A stretch of DNA of 64,000 nucleotides from assembly GCA_039818205.1 (NCBI GenBank), contig JBCBUK010000018.1, forward strand, positions 1-64,000. Reading direction: 5' to 3'. This document shows, piece after piece, positions 51,566-61,766 of this stretch. Origin of the DNA: Verrucomicrobiota bacterium (GTDB lineage Bacteria > Verrucomicrobiota > Verrucomicrobiia > Opitutales > Cerasicoccaceae). Position 1 is the first letter of the stretch, and each line of letters opens with the position of its first letter. The translations under genes were made by a program, and so were the position numbers. The notes below the pieces were generated by a model that searched no databases, was not told the origin of the DNA, and saw only the letters and a list, made by a program, of their open reading frames with translations.

Positions 51566-52455
51566 AAATTTCAATCAATCACCTGACACGCTACCACTAC
51601 TCAAAGCCCGTTGGCTTTGGGGAGCATCAGCTCTTTCTCAGGCCGCGGGATAGTCACAAACTCCGGGTCGAATCCTTTAATTTGCGGACGTCACTGGAGT
51701 GCTCGAAGCGGTGGATTCGCGACTGCAACAACAACATCGTCTTGGTGACCAACTTTGGGCTTCAGCAATCATCTGAACTAGATTTCGAATGCCAGATGGT
51801 GGTCGAGGTTGAGCAGGAGAATCCCTTCGACTTCATCCTTGAGCCTTACGCCTCAGCCTATCCGTTTCGCTATCTCCACCACGAAGCGCACGCCCTTGCG
51901 CCGTTGTTAGATGCCAATGCTATTGCGGATGCGCACACGGTTTTTGATTGGCTCTACACGGCAATCCCTGATGTCAATCACCACGACAGCACGGTTCAGT
52001 TTCTCGCCAACATTAATCAAGCCATCCATCGGGACATCGGCTATACCCGGCGAGATGAACAAGGTGTTCAGTCCCCGAATGAAACGCTATCACTCCGCTT
52101 AGGCTCCTGTCGTGACCTCGCACTATTATTCATCTCAACTTGCCGGCAACTTGGCCTCGCTGCTCGATTTGTGAGTGGCTATTTGTTCGATCCTCCAGTC
52201 GACGGTACGCACGGTAGCGACCATGTCTTCAATCGCGCCGTTGGTTCGATGCACGCCTGGGCAGAGGTGTTCCTACCCGGAGCGGGCTGGCTTGGATTCG
52301 ATCCAACCAACGGCATCTTGACCAACGAGTATTTTCTTCCGTCGGCGGTTGCCTACGAACCCAGCAGCGTGAATCCAATACAGGGCAAATACTACTCGAA
52401 AGAATCGATCACCTCGACCCTAGAAATCGACCTTAGATTGGAAGAGGTTCAATAG
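51562..52455 (+). CDS. Transglutaminase-family protein
   Basis: H.TRYHY, GSCRD, ARFVSGYL, HAWAEV.LPGAGW and DPTN; 4 bp overlap with the previous gene. Confidence 0.93.
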   Translation: MKISINHLTRYHYSKPVGFGEHQLFLRPRDSHKLRVESFNLRTSLECSKRWIRDCNNNIVLVTNFGLQQSSELDFECQMVVEVEQENPFDFILEPYASAYPFRYLHHEAHALAPLLDANAIADAHTVFDWLYTAIPDVNHHDSTVQFLANINQAIHRDIGYTRRDEQGVQSPNETLSLRLGSCRDLALLFISTCRQLGLAARFVSGYLFDPPVDGTHGSDHVFNRAVGSMHAWAEVFLPGAGWLGFDPTNGILTNEYFLPSAVAYEPSSVNPIQGKYYSKESITSTLEIDLRLEEVQ

Positions 52456-53609
52456 CCGTTGATGAGCTCGATCCCCTCGCGCTTGTAGGCTGCTTTCATC
52501 TCTTTGAAAAGTGCTTCATACGAGCGGCCACCAAGCAAAAATTTTCGCGCTTCGGACTCGCTGATACCACTTTCGATCTCGCGGCAATACTTGTAAATAC
52601 GGCGGCCCTTGCCTTCGCCATCGTGGTGCAAGAAGTAGTTAACCAGAAGGAACGCGGATATGTAATAGCGTCCCAAATCACCTTGATTCGAAACAAAGTT
52701 TTGGTTCCACTCTTGGAGAGTCATCGCCATTAGCTTCTCCAGCGGAACCAGGTGGAAACTTTCTTTGACGTAGCTACGCCTGAAAACAAACTCTTCAACG
52801 TCCCGTTTATCGAAGCGAAACACACTTCGTTCGAGCGGAACACTCTCCATGTAGACCGCCATTCCCTCCGTAAGCCAAGGCCGCAGCTGCGCGAGCCAAT
52901 CATGGTGAACCTGATGGGTAATCTCATGAATCAAAGTCGCGCTATCTTGGGATCGATCCAACGTGTAACCGCTAGATGATTTCTCGACACCCAGGCTGGT
53001 AAGCGGTGTCAAAATCTCGCGCTTGGATGGACGATAGGTTCCACCCGAGTTGATAATTCCTCCGGCCTTATAGTAGTCTTCCGTCGTTTCGAACAAACGG
53101 GTTACGTAGTGACCACCTACGGGCTCAGGATTCCACTCGAGAGGGAATGCTTTCATTGCGGCATAAGTCGCTTCAAATATTTTCCCAAACTCCCGAACCA
53201 CTTTGCGGGCCAGCTTAACGTCCGAACGGAACTCGAAGTTGGGCGTCCGATAAATGTATTCCTTTCGCTGATTATCCTCCCGAATCACTATGACATCATA
53301 ATTATCAGGCAGGCCAACCCGTCGTGGCCACTCAAGGCCAGTAAACGGCTTCCGGGGTTCCGGGGGCGGAACATCCAACCAATCATCCGATACGGTTTCG
53401 AGGTATTCCTGGTCTTCCGAGCTCAAGCGTTTGATCGGAAGGGTAAAAACCTGACCATCTTCCAAGCGGCGAATCTGAATTTCCTCACTTTGAAAGCCGA
53501 TCAATTCGGCATCCACTGTTCTTCCGGATTGATCAGTCCAGGTTCGAACTTCGCCTTGAAGAACTGACACGATCAAAAAAGGTATTAAAAATAAAAAAGA
53601 TCTAATCAC
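52449..53609 (-). CDS. Secreted SHD1-domain protein with HExxH metallopeptidase-like domain
   Basis: Signal peptide, RTWTD..G..LS.EDQ.Y (SHD1-like) and HEITHQ...W..EG.A.Y. Confidence 0.8.
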   Translation of the reverse strand: MIRSFLFLIPFLIVSVLQGEVRTWTDQSGRTVDAELIGFQSEEIQIRRLEDGQVFTLPIKRLSSEDQEYLETVSDDWLDVPPPEPRKPFTGLEWPRRVGLPDNYDVIVIREDNQRKEYIYRTPNFEFRSDVKLARKVVREFGKIFEATYAAMKAFPLEWNPEPVGGHYVTRLFETTEDYYKAGGIINSGGTYRPSKREILTPLTSLGVEKSSSGYTLDRSQDSATLIHEITHQVHHDWLAQLRPWLTEGMAVYMESVPLERSVFRFDKRDVEEFVFRRSYVKESFHLVPLEKLMAMTLQEWNQNFVSNQGDLGRYYISAFLLVNYFLHHDGEGKGRRIYKYCREIESGISESEARKFLLGGRSYEALFKEMKAAYKREGIELINGY

Positions 53610-53787
53610 TAACGCAGTCTGTTTCGGGATGGGGAGTCAACCGTGCGGAGCGTGCTGGCAACCAGCATCAACGACCCGGCAAAGTACATCGAGAGCAAGA
53701 TTTCGCAAAAATATTTATAGCTTGAACGGATTAAATGGTAAACGATTAACCAAAAGCGTTCCCTCACTTTTCAATAAATTTTCATCA

Positions 53788-54228
53788 ATGTCCGCATTCT
53801 TCAGTCAAATTCAAAACGGAATTTCTACGGCCTCCGCCGAAGAGACCGAGGCAATCGCGGCTGAACTAAGCACTCACCTACCGGAGGACCAAGTCCTCGC
53901 GCTTCACGGCGATCTAGGAGCTGGTAAAAGCACCTTCGTACGCGGGCTTGCTAAGGCCTGGGGCATCAATCGACCGATCACAAGCCCGACCTACAATCTG
54001 ATGAATGTATACCAGGGGTCTCGCCAGTTGATCCACGTTGACGCCTACCGATTGGAAGACCCGACGGAAGCCGACGCGTTACTCATAGAAGACCTTCTCC
54101 GGGCTCCATGGTGCCTGGCAATTGAATGGCCGGAAAAAATGCCATCCTATTGGATGAAAAATGCCTGGCATGTGGCGCTGGCGATTGATCACCACCACCA
54201 CTCAATCCAGCTTAATTTACCGAGCTAG
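53788..54228 (+). CDS. tsaE: t6A biosynthesis ATPase TsaE
   Basis: [19 protein letters not shown] and IEW. Confidence 0.93.
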   Translation: MSAFFSQIQNGISTASAEETEAIAAELSTHLPEDQVLALHGDLGAGKSTFVRGLAKAWGINRPITSPTYNLMNVYQGSRQLIHVDAYRLEDPTEADALLIEDLLRAPWCLAIEWPEKMPSYWMKNAWHVALAIDHHHHSIQLNLPS

Positions 54229-56192
54229 GTAGAAGTCCGAGTTGGCTCTTCGGACGGTGCTTCCGAAAGCTCGGCCTTAGGCTCCTCAGCAACCGGTTCT
54301 TCGGCCGTCGCCGTGGCATCTGAAGCGTTCGCATCTGCGGCTGGGGCCTCTGTTTCCGCACCTGGCGCCTCAGCGGCTGCTTCGGCCTCAGGAGCTGGTG
54401 TTTCGGCTGGTGCCTCTGGAGATGCAGGCGATTCAGCGGCCGGTTGCGGTTCTGGCGTTTCGGGCTTCTTTGCGGAACGCGCCTCCTCCATCGGAGCGGG
54501 AGCGAACAAACGACCATCACCAAACTCAGTTACATAACCCTCAGTCACCAACCAGCGTAGATCAAACATCATCTGGCGAAGTTGCGGATCGTCTAGCCCC
54601 TCAGTCGCACCCTTTGGCTGCTCGGCTTCAACCGGTGCAGTCTCCTTAGCTGCCTCCTCGGCAACTGGGGCCGCGGTTTCAGCTTCAGATATCGACGTAG
54701 GCTCAGCTGCGGATACTTCGGCCGGTGCCTCAGTCGCTGCGGGCTCTTCGGTGGATGTGGCCTCAGCAGCGGGCGCTGGCTCTTCAGAAGATTCAGCACC
54801 TTCGGCAGCAGCCTTTGCCTTCTCGGCACGGCGTTGCTCGTGCGCTTCGACAATCTTGGCGGCCTCTTCTTCCGGCACGGCCTCAATGTCTGGCGCTTTC
54901 TCCTGGGGAGTTTCGGCGATTGGCTTTGATTTTACATCAATCCCCAAATACTGCTCCGGCAGCTCGCCGACATTGATATTCGGGTGCTTTTCGATAAAAT
55001 CAATGAGCTCCTGCAGCGATTCCGCAAGGCGGGTCTGCGGCGTCCGAAATTTGCGCTTAACGGCACACACGTAGGAAGCGCCCTTCGACCCACGCTTATA
55101 GATCGTGAAGTGCATGCGGCGCAATCGGCCACGCAGGTTATTTGCCGTATCAAGTGGGAAATGCTGCTGCTGTTCGCGCCAACCAGTGATCGAGCTACGA
55201 ATTTGACCAGAAGGAAGCGACTCGAGCTGCTTGCCCGAGAATCGCGCCTGATTGGTCGTCCGAACGATCTCTGCCCGCCGGTTGTTCACCAAATAGAACT
55301 TCAACGACTCCAATGTATCGAATGACTCGCCTTCATCTCCCTCGCTCGCCCCTTTCAGGCGGTAGCGAGTGACTTTGCGCATCTTTTCGATCCACTGTTG
55401 AACCACTTCCTCGTCCCGAATCGATTCGATGCGGGCTTGGTATTTCTCCATTGGCATGTTCGGCGCATGGATCGCATGGCTCTCCTGCAAAATCGCCTGG
55501 TAGCGGTGATAATTTGGCGGCCCAAGAAGCTCACCACTCACGCCACATTTGTTGACCGACGGGAAGTTACCCGATGGCGGCTCGACCTCGACCTCCTCAG
55601 TTTCCGCAAATAGAGACAGGTGGGTTTTCAGCACATGGGCGACCGCTTGATCTTCCGACCCAAACGGTAGGCCATCCGGGACGCTGAGGAAAAATTCTTG
55701 AGGACCCTCATTTTGTTTCGGGTGCAAAACCACCACGAAACGGTCTGGTTTCTCCAAAATCAGCCGGGCAATTTCGAAGAGCTCGTAAGTTCGGCAATTG
55801 CCGCGCATCGCGTGACAAAGGGCCTTGAAGGGTGCGTCCTCCGGATAAAATGCTACCTCGACTACGGGACGGAACGGCTGCGGCGGACCCGTGCGACGTT
55901 CACCGCGTTGTCCTCCACGACGCTCACCACGCTGACCACCGCCGCGGCGGCGTTCGTCACCTCCACCATGGGGTCCATCGGACCGCGGGCCATCGAACCG
56001 CTTAGCGGGCCGATCGGGGCGACGGTCTCGCTGAGGCTTTCTGCCGCCTCCTGAGCGAGAAGGTTTTGATTTGCGTGCTTCGGCGGAACGCGCCGAGTCA
56101 CTCCAATCAGGGCCGAAAGATAGGTCCTGAAGTTGGCTAAGGTCGAGGGACAGTGAGTCCTCGGATTTTGACTTGTCAGTTGAGTCGGACAT
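54225..56192 (-). CDS. Hypothetical protein with RG-rich N-terminus and A/E/P-rich low-complexity regions
   Basis: 655 aa ORF with a folded-looking core and ..[16 protein letters not shown] near the C-terminus. Confidence 0.85.
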   Translation of the reverse strand: MSDSTDKSKSEDSLSLDLSQLQDLSFGPDWSDSARSAEARKSKPSRSGGGRKPQRDRRPDRPAKRFDGPRSDGPHGGGDERRRGGGQRGERRGGQRGERRTGPPQPFRPVVEVAFYPEDAPFKALCHAMRGNCRTYELFEIARLILEKPDRFVVVLHPKQNEGPQEFFLSVPDGLPFGSEDQAVAHVLKTHLSLFAETEEVEVEPPSGNFPSVNKCGVSGELLGPPNYHRYQAILQESHAIHAPNMPMEKYQARIESIRDEEVVQQWIEKMRKVTRYRLKGASEGDEGESFDTLESLKFYLVNNRRAEIVRTTNQARFSGKQLESLPSGQIRSSITGWREQQQHFPLDTANNLRGRLRRMHFTIYKRGSKGASYVCAVKRKFRTPQTRLAESLQELIDFIEKHPNINVGELPEQYLGIDVKSKPIAETPQEKAPDIEAVPEEEAAKIVEAHEQRRAEKAKAAAEGAESSEEPAPAAEATSTEEPAATEAPAEVSAAEPTSISEAETAAPVAEEAAKETAPVEAEQPKGATEGLDDPQLRQMMFDLRWLVTEGYVTEFGDGRLFAPAPMEEARSAKKPETPEPQPAAESPASPEAPAETPAPEAEAAAEAPGAETEAPAADANASDATATAEEPVAEEPKAELSEAPSEEPTRTST

Positions 56193-56427
56193 GCGTAGCG
56201 GCAGCCGGGATTAGATTGATAATCTGTCTTTGTTAGACGGGGTAATGGAGAATGGCCAATAAAAAAGCGGGTTTCATGCCGGATTATGAAAATACTTTTA
56301 CCAGTTATGATTCGCGAATAACCGCGATCAATCAAGGATGAAAGCGCCCTTGCCGAAAAGGAAAAATTCTTTCATTTTGGAGTTGAACTGGCGACGCGAA
56401 ACGGTTTGCTAATTCGTTTTCCTAAAT

Positions 56428-56513
56428 GCTCAGGTGGTGGAATTGGTAGACACGCTATCTTGAGGGGGTAGTGTCCTATGGACGTGCGGGTTCGAGTCCC
56501 GCCCTGAGCACCA
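56428..56513 (+). tRNA. tRNA-Leu (GAG)
   Basis: GCTCAGG acceptor pairs with CCTGAGC; anticodon loop TTGAGGG, long variable arm, GTTCGAG and encoded CCA. Confidence 0.98.
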
Positions 56514-56747
56514 TGAAATTTCATTTGCACGATAGAAGTCCGGGCTCTCAGTACGCCGTAGTTTCAGGTGCCAAGAGATTTTCTCCGACCTGACTCTGCT
56601 TCAACAAAGATGCAGAGTTCATTCCAATGAGTCCTGGCCAATGCCAATCGGAGCAGTTTCTTCGATCCAACCATGCTGGAGCCTGACTGTCACTGGGAGA
56701 ATGGGGTTGCCATCACAAAAGCATGCTCGAGAATGTAGACCTAATTC

Positions 56748-57323
56748 ATGCCCACTCAGGAAACAGAAGGTCTACTTTCTCCATGGATTGCTTCCATCCG
56801 CTTGCGGGCGGCTGCGGATCAAATCACCCAAGGGTCGGTTGTGCTGGATCTCGCATGCGGATCTGGGCGACTGCGTGAGTTTCTAAAAGCGGACTGCACC
56901 TATTTGGGCGTCGACCGGCAGCCACCACCGTCCGAGGCCGCATCGATGGAATTTTTGAATCAGGATCTGAGTCAAGCTGACGCGTTTGAGCGCATTCAGG
57001 AATGGCTCCCTCATCCGCCAACCGTGGTCACAATGTTGGCCTTTATTGAACACGTGACGGAACCAATCCATTTCCTTAAGGCCGCCAAAGGATTGTTGCC
57101 CAAGGGTGGAAGCGTAATTTTGACCACTCCCCACCCGATTGGACGCAAACTACATGACAGCCTGGCATCAGTCTACCTGTGCAGTCGATCTGGTGCGGCG
57201 GAGCACGAGGACTTCCTGGATGAGAACGACCTGCGAACTCTGGCCGAAGATGCGGGATTTGCGGACATCAGCTATCAGCGATTCCTCGGGGGGCTGAACC
57301 AATTGGCCGTCTTGCGGGCATGA
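56748..57323 (+). CDS. Class I SAM-dependent methyltransferase
   Basis: VLDLACGSG, IEHV and L.KGG...LTTP. Confidence 0.88.
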   Translation: MPTQETEGLLSPWIASIRLRAAADQITQGSVVLDLACGSGRLREFLKADCTYLGVDRQPPPSEAASMEFLNQDLSQADAFERIQEWLPHPPTVVTMLAFIEHVTEPIHFLKAAKGLLPKGGSVILTTPHPIGRKLHDSLASVYLCSRSGAAEHEDFLDENDLRTLAEDAGFADISYQRFLGGLNQLAVLRA

Positions 57324-59701
57324 TGACCGAAGCATCCGGAACGATTTTTCCGATGGCTTTGTCTTGGATACATGCGGCACTCAACATCGCCCTAGCGATT
57401 GCGGGCAGCAAACTGCTCCTCGACCGGATGCAAGCTCCAAGCCTGCCTCCAAGCAATGCCGCCAAGCTCAGCGCATGGTTCATTTTGCTGATTGGCCAGG
57501 TCCACTTGATCGGGGTTCTGCTAGGATACCTTGGATTGCTCACGCCCTGGAGTTTCACCCTGGTACAGCTTCTTTTCACGGGCTGCCTATTCGCCCTCCG
57601 GGACAAGTCCCGACTAACAGAATGGACACCGCGAGAGGACAAATCGCAATCACGCTTGGATGACTATGCAGCGTTGTTCCTCTTTGGATTGGCTGTCATT
57701 CTCTTGATCACCGGTTTATTCTTGAGCCCGGCCGATTTTGACTCGGTTGGTTACCGCTTAGGCCGTATCGGCCAATGGTTGCAGAACGGAGACATCTACC
57801 AAGCTCCCACGACTGACCCACGCATGAACTATCTGGGGGTCAACGGCGATATGCTCATGCTCTGGTTGACGAGCCCATTCCCATCAGGATACCCGCTGAC
57901 GAACCTTCCGCAATGGGCCGGAGGAGTTGCGCTCGCCTTGGCGTGTTGGGCGTTGATGGAGGCAATGGGTTTTTCCCGCACTACCCGCCTTTGCATGCTC
58001 GCTTTGTATGCCAGCATGCCAGTCGTCATTGGTCAGATGATGACACCGCAAGTCGACCTTTTGTTTGCTGGCATCATGATATCGGGACTGCTCTGGCTGT
58101 ATCTCAGCCTCCGCAGCGGTGCCTCGCCGTGGATTGCGTGGGTCGCGATTGCCATGGCAATTGGAACCAAGGGCACTGCATTCTACATGGGACCGGGACT
58201 GCTCGCTCTCGGTTTGATTTGGTTGTGGAAATTCAAGCCCAGCCAAAAAACAGTCATTGGAAATACAGTTGCCGCAAGTGTTTGCCTGCTCGCATTCGCG
58301 GCTCCCCGGCATATTGAAAACTACATTAACTTTGGAAACCCGCTTGCCCCCGAAAAAGAGATCGTGCGATTACACGGCACCAACCACAACGGTTTCGCTT
58401 GGGACAAGTTGTGGGTAAACGGTGTATCGTACAACCTAGAACTCCTGTCCCCCTATTCCAACCCTCCCCTTGTTGCCGACTTTTCTGAGATTGCACTCGA
58501 TGCCCTGGGTCGCGGGCTACTGCCGGAGTCTGATCCGTACGCACTTGGAAAAGATCGCCGCGGCTACTATCTAAGTCATGTCGGTGGCATAGGTTCATTC
58601 GAAAATTCACTACAAGGTTCATGTGGACTGGTTCCCGTCCTGCTTGCGTTACTCGGCGCCATTCTATTCGCATTCCGCCGACATCGAAGCCGACTTTCCA
58701 ATGATAGCTCGTGGATCCTTATTGGCCTGACCCTTGCATTCGCCTCACTGGCGATCCTGCTATCTGGCTTTTACAATTGGAGCCCCTACAAGTTTCGCTA
58801 TTTCCTGCCGGGAGTGCCGGTGATTCTTCTCCTCGCGGGTGTCGCTATTCAGCAACTCAACCCAAGAAAGCAGAAAATCGCGCTAATAAGCCTTTCGTTT
58901 TTCGCGCTCGTTTCGTTCGGAAAGCAATACACTAATGGCACAACGACCGGCTGGCGCGGTTTGACGAAATCGGATCCCACGATTGTGACTAAGACAATGG
59001 AAAAGCAGGGGCAGATGCTTAGCGAAGAAGTCGAGGCTGGCAGCAAGCTTGCCATTTGCCTGTCCTACTACTCGCCTTTGAGTCCATTTTTCCGAAACGG
59101 GCTTTCACTCCAAACCGTAATCATCCCGGAGAACGATCTATCAGGCATGGATTCTCCGGCAGACTTTTTTGAAGCAACCAACTACGATTATCTGATCACG
59201 CATCCGTCGACGTTTGCCGAGCATGACAGCTCAATTTTTACGCGAGCATCGCTTCACTTACCTGAATATCCGAAATTCAACTTTGTCCTGTACCGGAAGC
59301 AAGACGCTGGCGAGGCAACCAATGGTTACATCAAGCGCATTGAACAAGCCCCCAATCCGAATGCGCTATCGACGGCTCTCGTGATTCACCTTCAAAGATC
59401 CGGAGCTGAACCGATCCAGTTCGCGTTTCGCAATCTCGACCGCGCTCCGCTAAGCATTCAATTGAGGGCATCACCCTCAGGAGAAACACAAAGCCTAATT
59501 GTCAGTCCGCAGCAGCAGGTGTCTATTGAGTTTACTCAACCTAGCACCCAACAAATTGCGGTACTCGTTCAGAAAACTACCGGAGCCACCAATGAAAACC
59601 GTTCCGCACCACCAAGGTATCAATTTTCATTGCCCAACCTGACACTCCCACTCGGCCATGACGATCCCTGGATCAACTCACCTAACGTCGCCGGGGATTG
59701 A
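57320..59701 (+). CDS. Large polytopic membrane protein, probably a GT-C-fold glycosyltransferase
   Basis: More than ten TM helices; D...Y.L.R...W loop, A.GTK, N....GNP and RYFLP motifs. Confidence 0.65.
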   Translation: MMTEASGTIFPMALSWIHAALNIALAIAGSKLLLDRMQAPSLPPSNAAKLSAWFILLIGQVHLIGVLLGYLGLLTPWSFTLVQLLFTGCLFALRDKSRLTEWTPREDKSQSRLDDYAALFLFGLAVILLITGLFLSPADFDSVGYRLGRIGQWLQNGDIYQAPTTDPRMNYLGVNGDMLMLWLTSPFPSGYPLTNLPQWAGGVALALACWALMEAMGFSRTTRLCMLALYASMPVVIGQMMTPQVDLLFAGIMISGLLWLYLSLRSGASPWIAWVAIAMAIGTKGTAFYMGPGLLALGLIWLWKFKPSQKTVIGNTVAASVCLLAFAAPRHIENYINFGNPLAPEKEIVRLHGTNHNGFAWDKLWVNGVSYNLELLSPYSNPPLVADFSEIALDALGRGLLPESDPYALGKDRRGYYLSHVGGIGSFENSLQGSCGLVPVLLALLGAILFAFRRHRSRLSNDSSWILIGLTLAFASLAILLSGFYNWSPYKFRYFLPGVPVILLLAGVAIQQLNPRKQKIALISLSFFALVSFGKQYTNGTTTGWRGLTKSDPTIVTKTMEKQGQMLSEEVEAGSKLAICLSYYSPLSPFFRNGLSLQTVIIPENDLSGMDSPADFFEATNYDYLITHPSTFAEHDSSIFTRASLHLPEYPKFNFVLYRKQDAGEATNGYIKRIEQAPNPNALSTALVIHLQRSGAEPIQFAFRNLDRAPLSIQLRASPSGETQSLIVSPQQQVSIEFTQPSTQQIAVLVQKTTGATNENRSAPPRYQFSLPNLTLPLGHDDPWINSPNVAGD

Positions 59702-60089
59702 ATATAAGGCGATCGTAGACGATAAATTTGACGACAAAGGCAACAACCTGAACGACCACCGCGGAAAGCAGATAATAGACGCCAAGACCGTCGACCAAAA
59801 TCGCGAAACTGATCCATTCCGCTCCGCGAAATAAAAAACTTGCACTGAGAAATGGTATAAACTGACGACTCCAAGAGACGTCCTTAACGCGTTCTGGATA
59901 GACCCAATAGCGAACCAGGTGGAAATTCGTCAGAAAAACGATTACCAAGGATATGGCGTATGCCAAGATGGGCGAAAGTCTCAAGCCCTGAACCAATCCA
60001 TAAGTCAGAACTAAATTCAAAGAAAAGCTAAGGCCGGACACGACAAGGTAGCGCATTTTTGCACCGCCTAGGAATCCATTCAGCTTCAT
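59682..60089 (-). CDS. GtrA-family protein
   Basis: RYLVVSG, NF.L.RYWVY, four TM helices and an end reading ..IF. Confidence 0.8.
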   Translation of the reverse strand: MKLNGFLGGAKMRYLVVSGLSFSLNLVLTYGLVQGLRLSPILAYAISLVIVFLTNFHLVRYWVYPERVKDVSWSRQFIPFLSASFLFRGAEWISFAILVDGLGVYYLLSAVVVQVVAFVVKFIVYDRLIFNPRRR

Positions 60090-60272
60090 AGTTATCAAGG
60101 TGGATGCCTTTGCATAATGGCGTCAAACCAATTGAGCGATGTCGGGATCCTTCCGAAACCAAGGTGCTTTATGCCTAAACACCAGCGTCATTTGACGGGA
60201 TCTGAGGCCATAGAGTTCCCCATACGACAGTTGACTGATCGAGCCGAGTCGAGTATTCGTTAATCTGTTACA

Positions 60273-61646
60273 ATGAATACCTTCCAAAACTTGCTCGACC
60301 AAAACATCGCGCGATTTCGGAGTATGATTCCGGATGCAGTGGCGCAACTGAATTGGAATCGGGCACAGATTGAGGCCGAGCAGACTCGACGTCTGAGACA
60401 AACGCTGGCCCATGCGAAGGAAAATTCGCCGTTTTATGCGGAGCGCCTGCAGGACATCAATCCACATAATTTCACCCGGGCCGACCTACCGTCTATTCCC
60501 GTCCTGACCAAAGAGGAGGTGATGACGCACTGGGACCAAATAGTCACAGATCCTCGACTAAGTCTTGCTAAAGCCAACGCCCATTTGGAACGTTTCCGGG
60601 AGGGAGAAACCGACAACATCTACTTCCTGGACGAATACTACCTTTGCGCCACAGGCGGTTCATCGGGGCGACGGGGTTTGTTCCTTTGGGATTCCGAACA
60701 TTTTGCGACCACCACGGCCATCATGTATCGGATAGATGCACGACGCGACCAACAGCGACCGCCGACCCGGCAACGCACAGCCGTCATCTGCGCGGGCTCA
60801 TACTTGCACGGTAGCCGCATGTTGTTCCCCAATACCGCAGATCCCGAACGGCAGCTGCACATTATATCCGCGGGCACGCCCATTCCCGAGATTGTGGAAC
60901 GCCTAAACACCTTCCAGCCAGATCGACTGGTCAGCTACTCTTCGGTCGTTGAAGAACTCTGCCACACCGCGAAAGCCGGCCAGCTACAAATTGCGCTCCA
61001 GCAAATCTATGTAAACTCTGAACCCCTATCTGACCTAGCTCGGAGACTGTCCAAAAAAATCTGGGGGATCGACATCCACAACAGCTGGGGTTCGGTTGAG
61101 CTCGGAATTGCCGGGGTCGAGGGTGACCAATTTGAAGGCATCCTACTCGCCGAGGACTACAATGTATTTGAAGCCTTTGATGAATCAGGAAAGAGCATCG
61201 AAGAAGGACCAGCCGACCACTTGGTCGTCACACGATTATTCAACAAGACCTTCCCGCTCATCCGCTATGTAATGACTGACTCGCCAGTCATGGCAAAACC
61301 AGGAGCAACGGATGCACCTGGTTACCGGCGTATCCTCGAGCTAAAGGGTCGTTCCGATGTCTGGTTCGACTATCCCGATGGGCCCCACCTGCACCCGATG
61401 GTTTTTCGCGGCATTCTTGGACAGGAAGCGAGTATTATTGAGTATCAGGTCCGTCAGACCTCAAAAGGAGCCGACGTCGACTTAATCGTTAGTGATGCAC
61501 CCGACTTAGAGCGTATTCGTAGAAGCCTAGTCGACAAACTCATCGCCAAGGGGCTTAAGCAACCCGAAGTAGCCATCGCGGTCGTCTCCGAACTCATCCG
61601 CCATCCGGAGACCAACAAACTATCACGGTTCGTTGCGCTCAAGTAG
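60273..61646 (+). CDS. Phenylacetate-CoA ligase-like adenylating enzyme
   Basis: SPFY, IPVLTK, TGGSSG, WGSVE, PLIRY...D and GR.D. Confidence 0.85.
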   Translation: MNTFQNLLDQNIARFRSMIPDAVAQLNWNRAQIEAEQTRRLRQTLAHAKENSPFYAERLQDINPHNFTRADLPSIPVLTKEEVMTHWDQIVTDPRLSLAKANAHLERFREGETDNIYFLDEYYLCATGGSSGRRGLFLWDSEHFATTTAIMYRIDARRDQQRPPTRQRTAVICAGSYLHGSRMLFPNTADPERQLHIISAGTPIPEIVERLNTFQPDRLVSYSSVVEELCHTAKAGQLQIALQQIYVNSEPLSDLARRLSKKIWGIDIHNSWGSVELGIAGVEGDQFEGILLAEDYNVFEAFDESGKSIEEGPADHLVVTRLFNKTFPLIRYVMTDSPVMAKPGATDAPGYRRILELKGRSDVWFDYPDGPHLHPMVFRGILGQEASIIEYQVRQTSKGADVDLIVSDAPDLERIRRSLVDKLIAKGLKQPEVAIAVVSELIRHPETNKLSRFVALK

Positions 61647-61766
61647 CTGCAAGCAGATGACGCCCATCCCGTCTACAACAGCTTTCTCCGAAGAGATACA
61701 TGGCAAATTCATGCGTGTCCAGAGCGCCCCGCTTGCCAGCTTGTTATAATTTCGGATATACGCTTA

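Noticed and set aside
56536..56556. AAGTCCGGGCTCTCAGTAC as a tRNA 3'-end remnant or att site
   Set aside because: The resemblance is vague and it does not match the adjacent tRNA-Leu 3' end; no duplicate was found at the far side of the islet.
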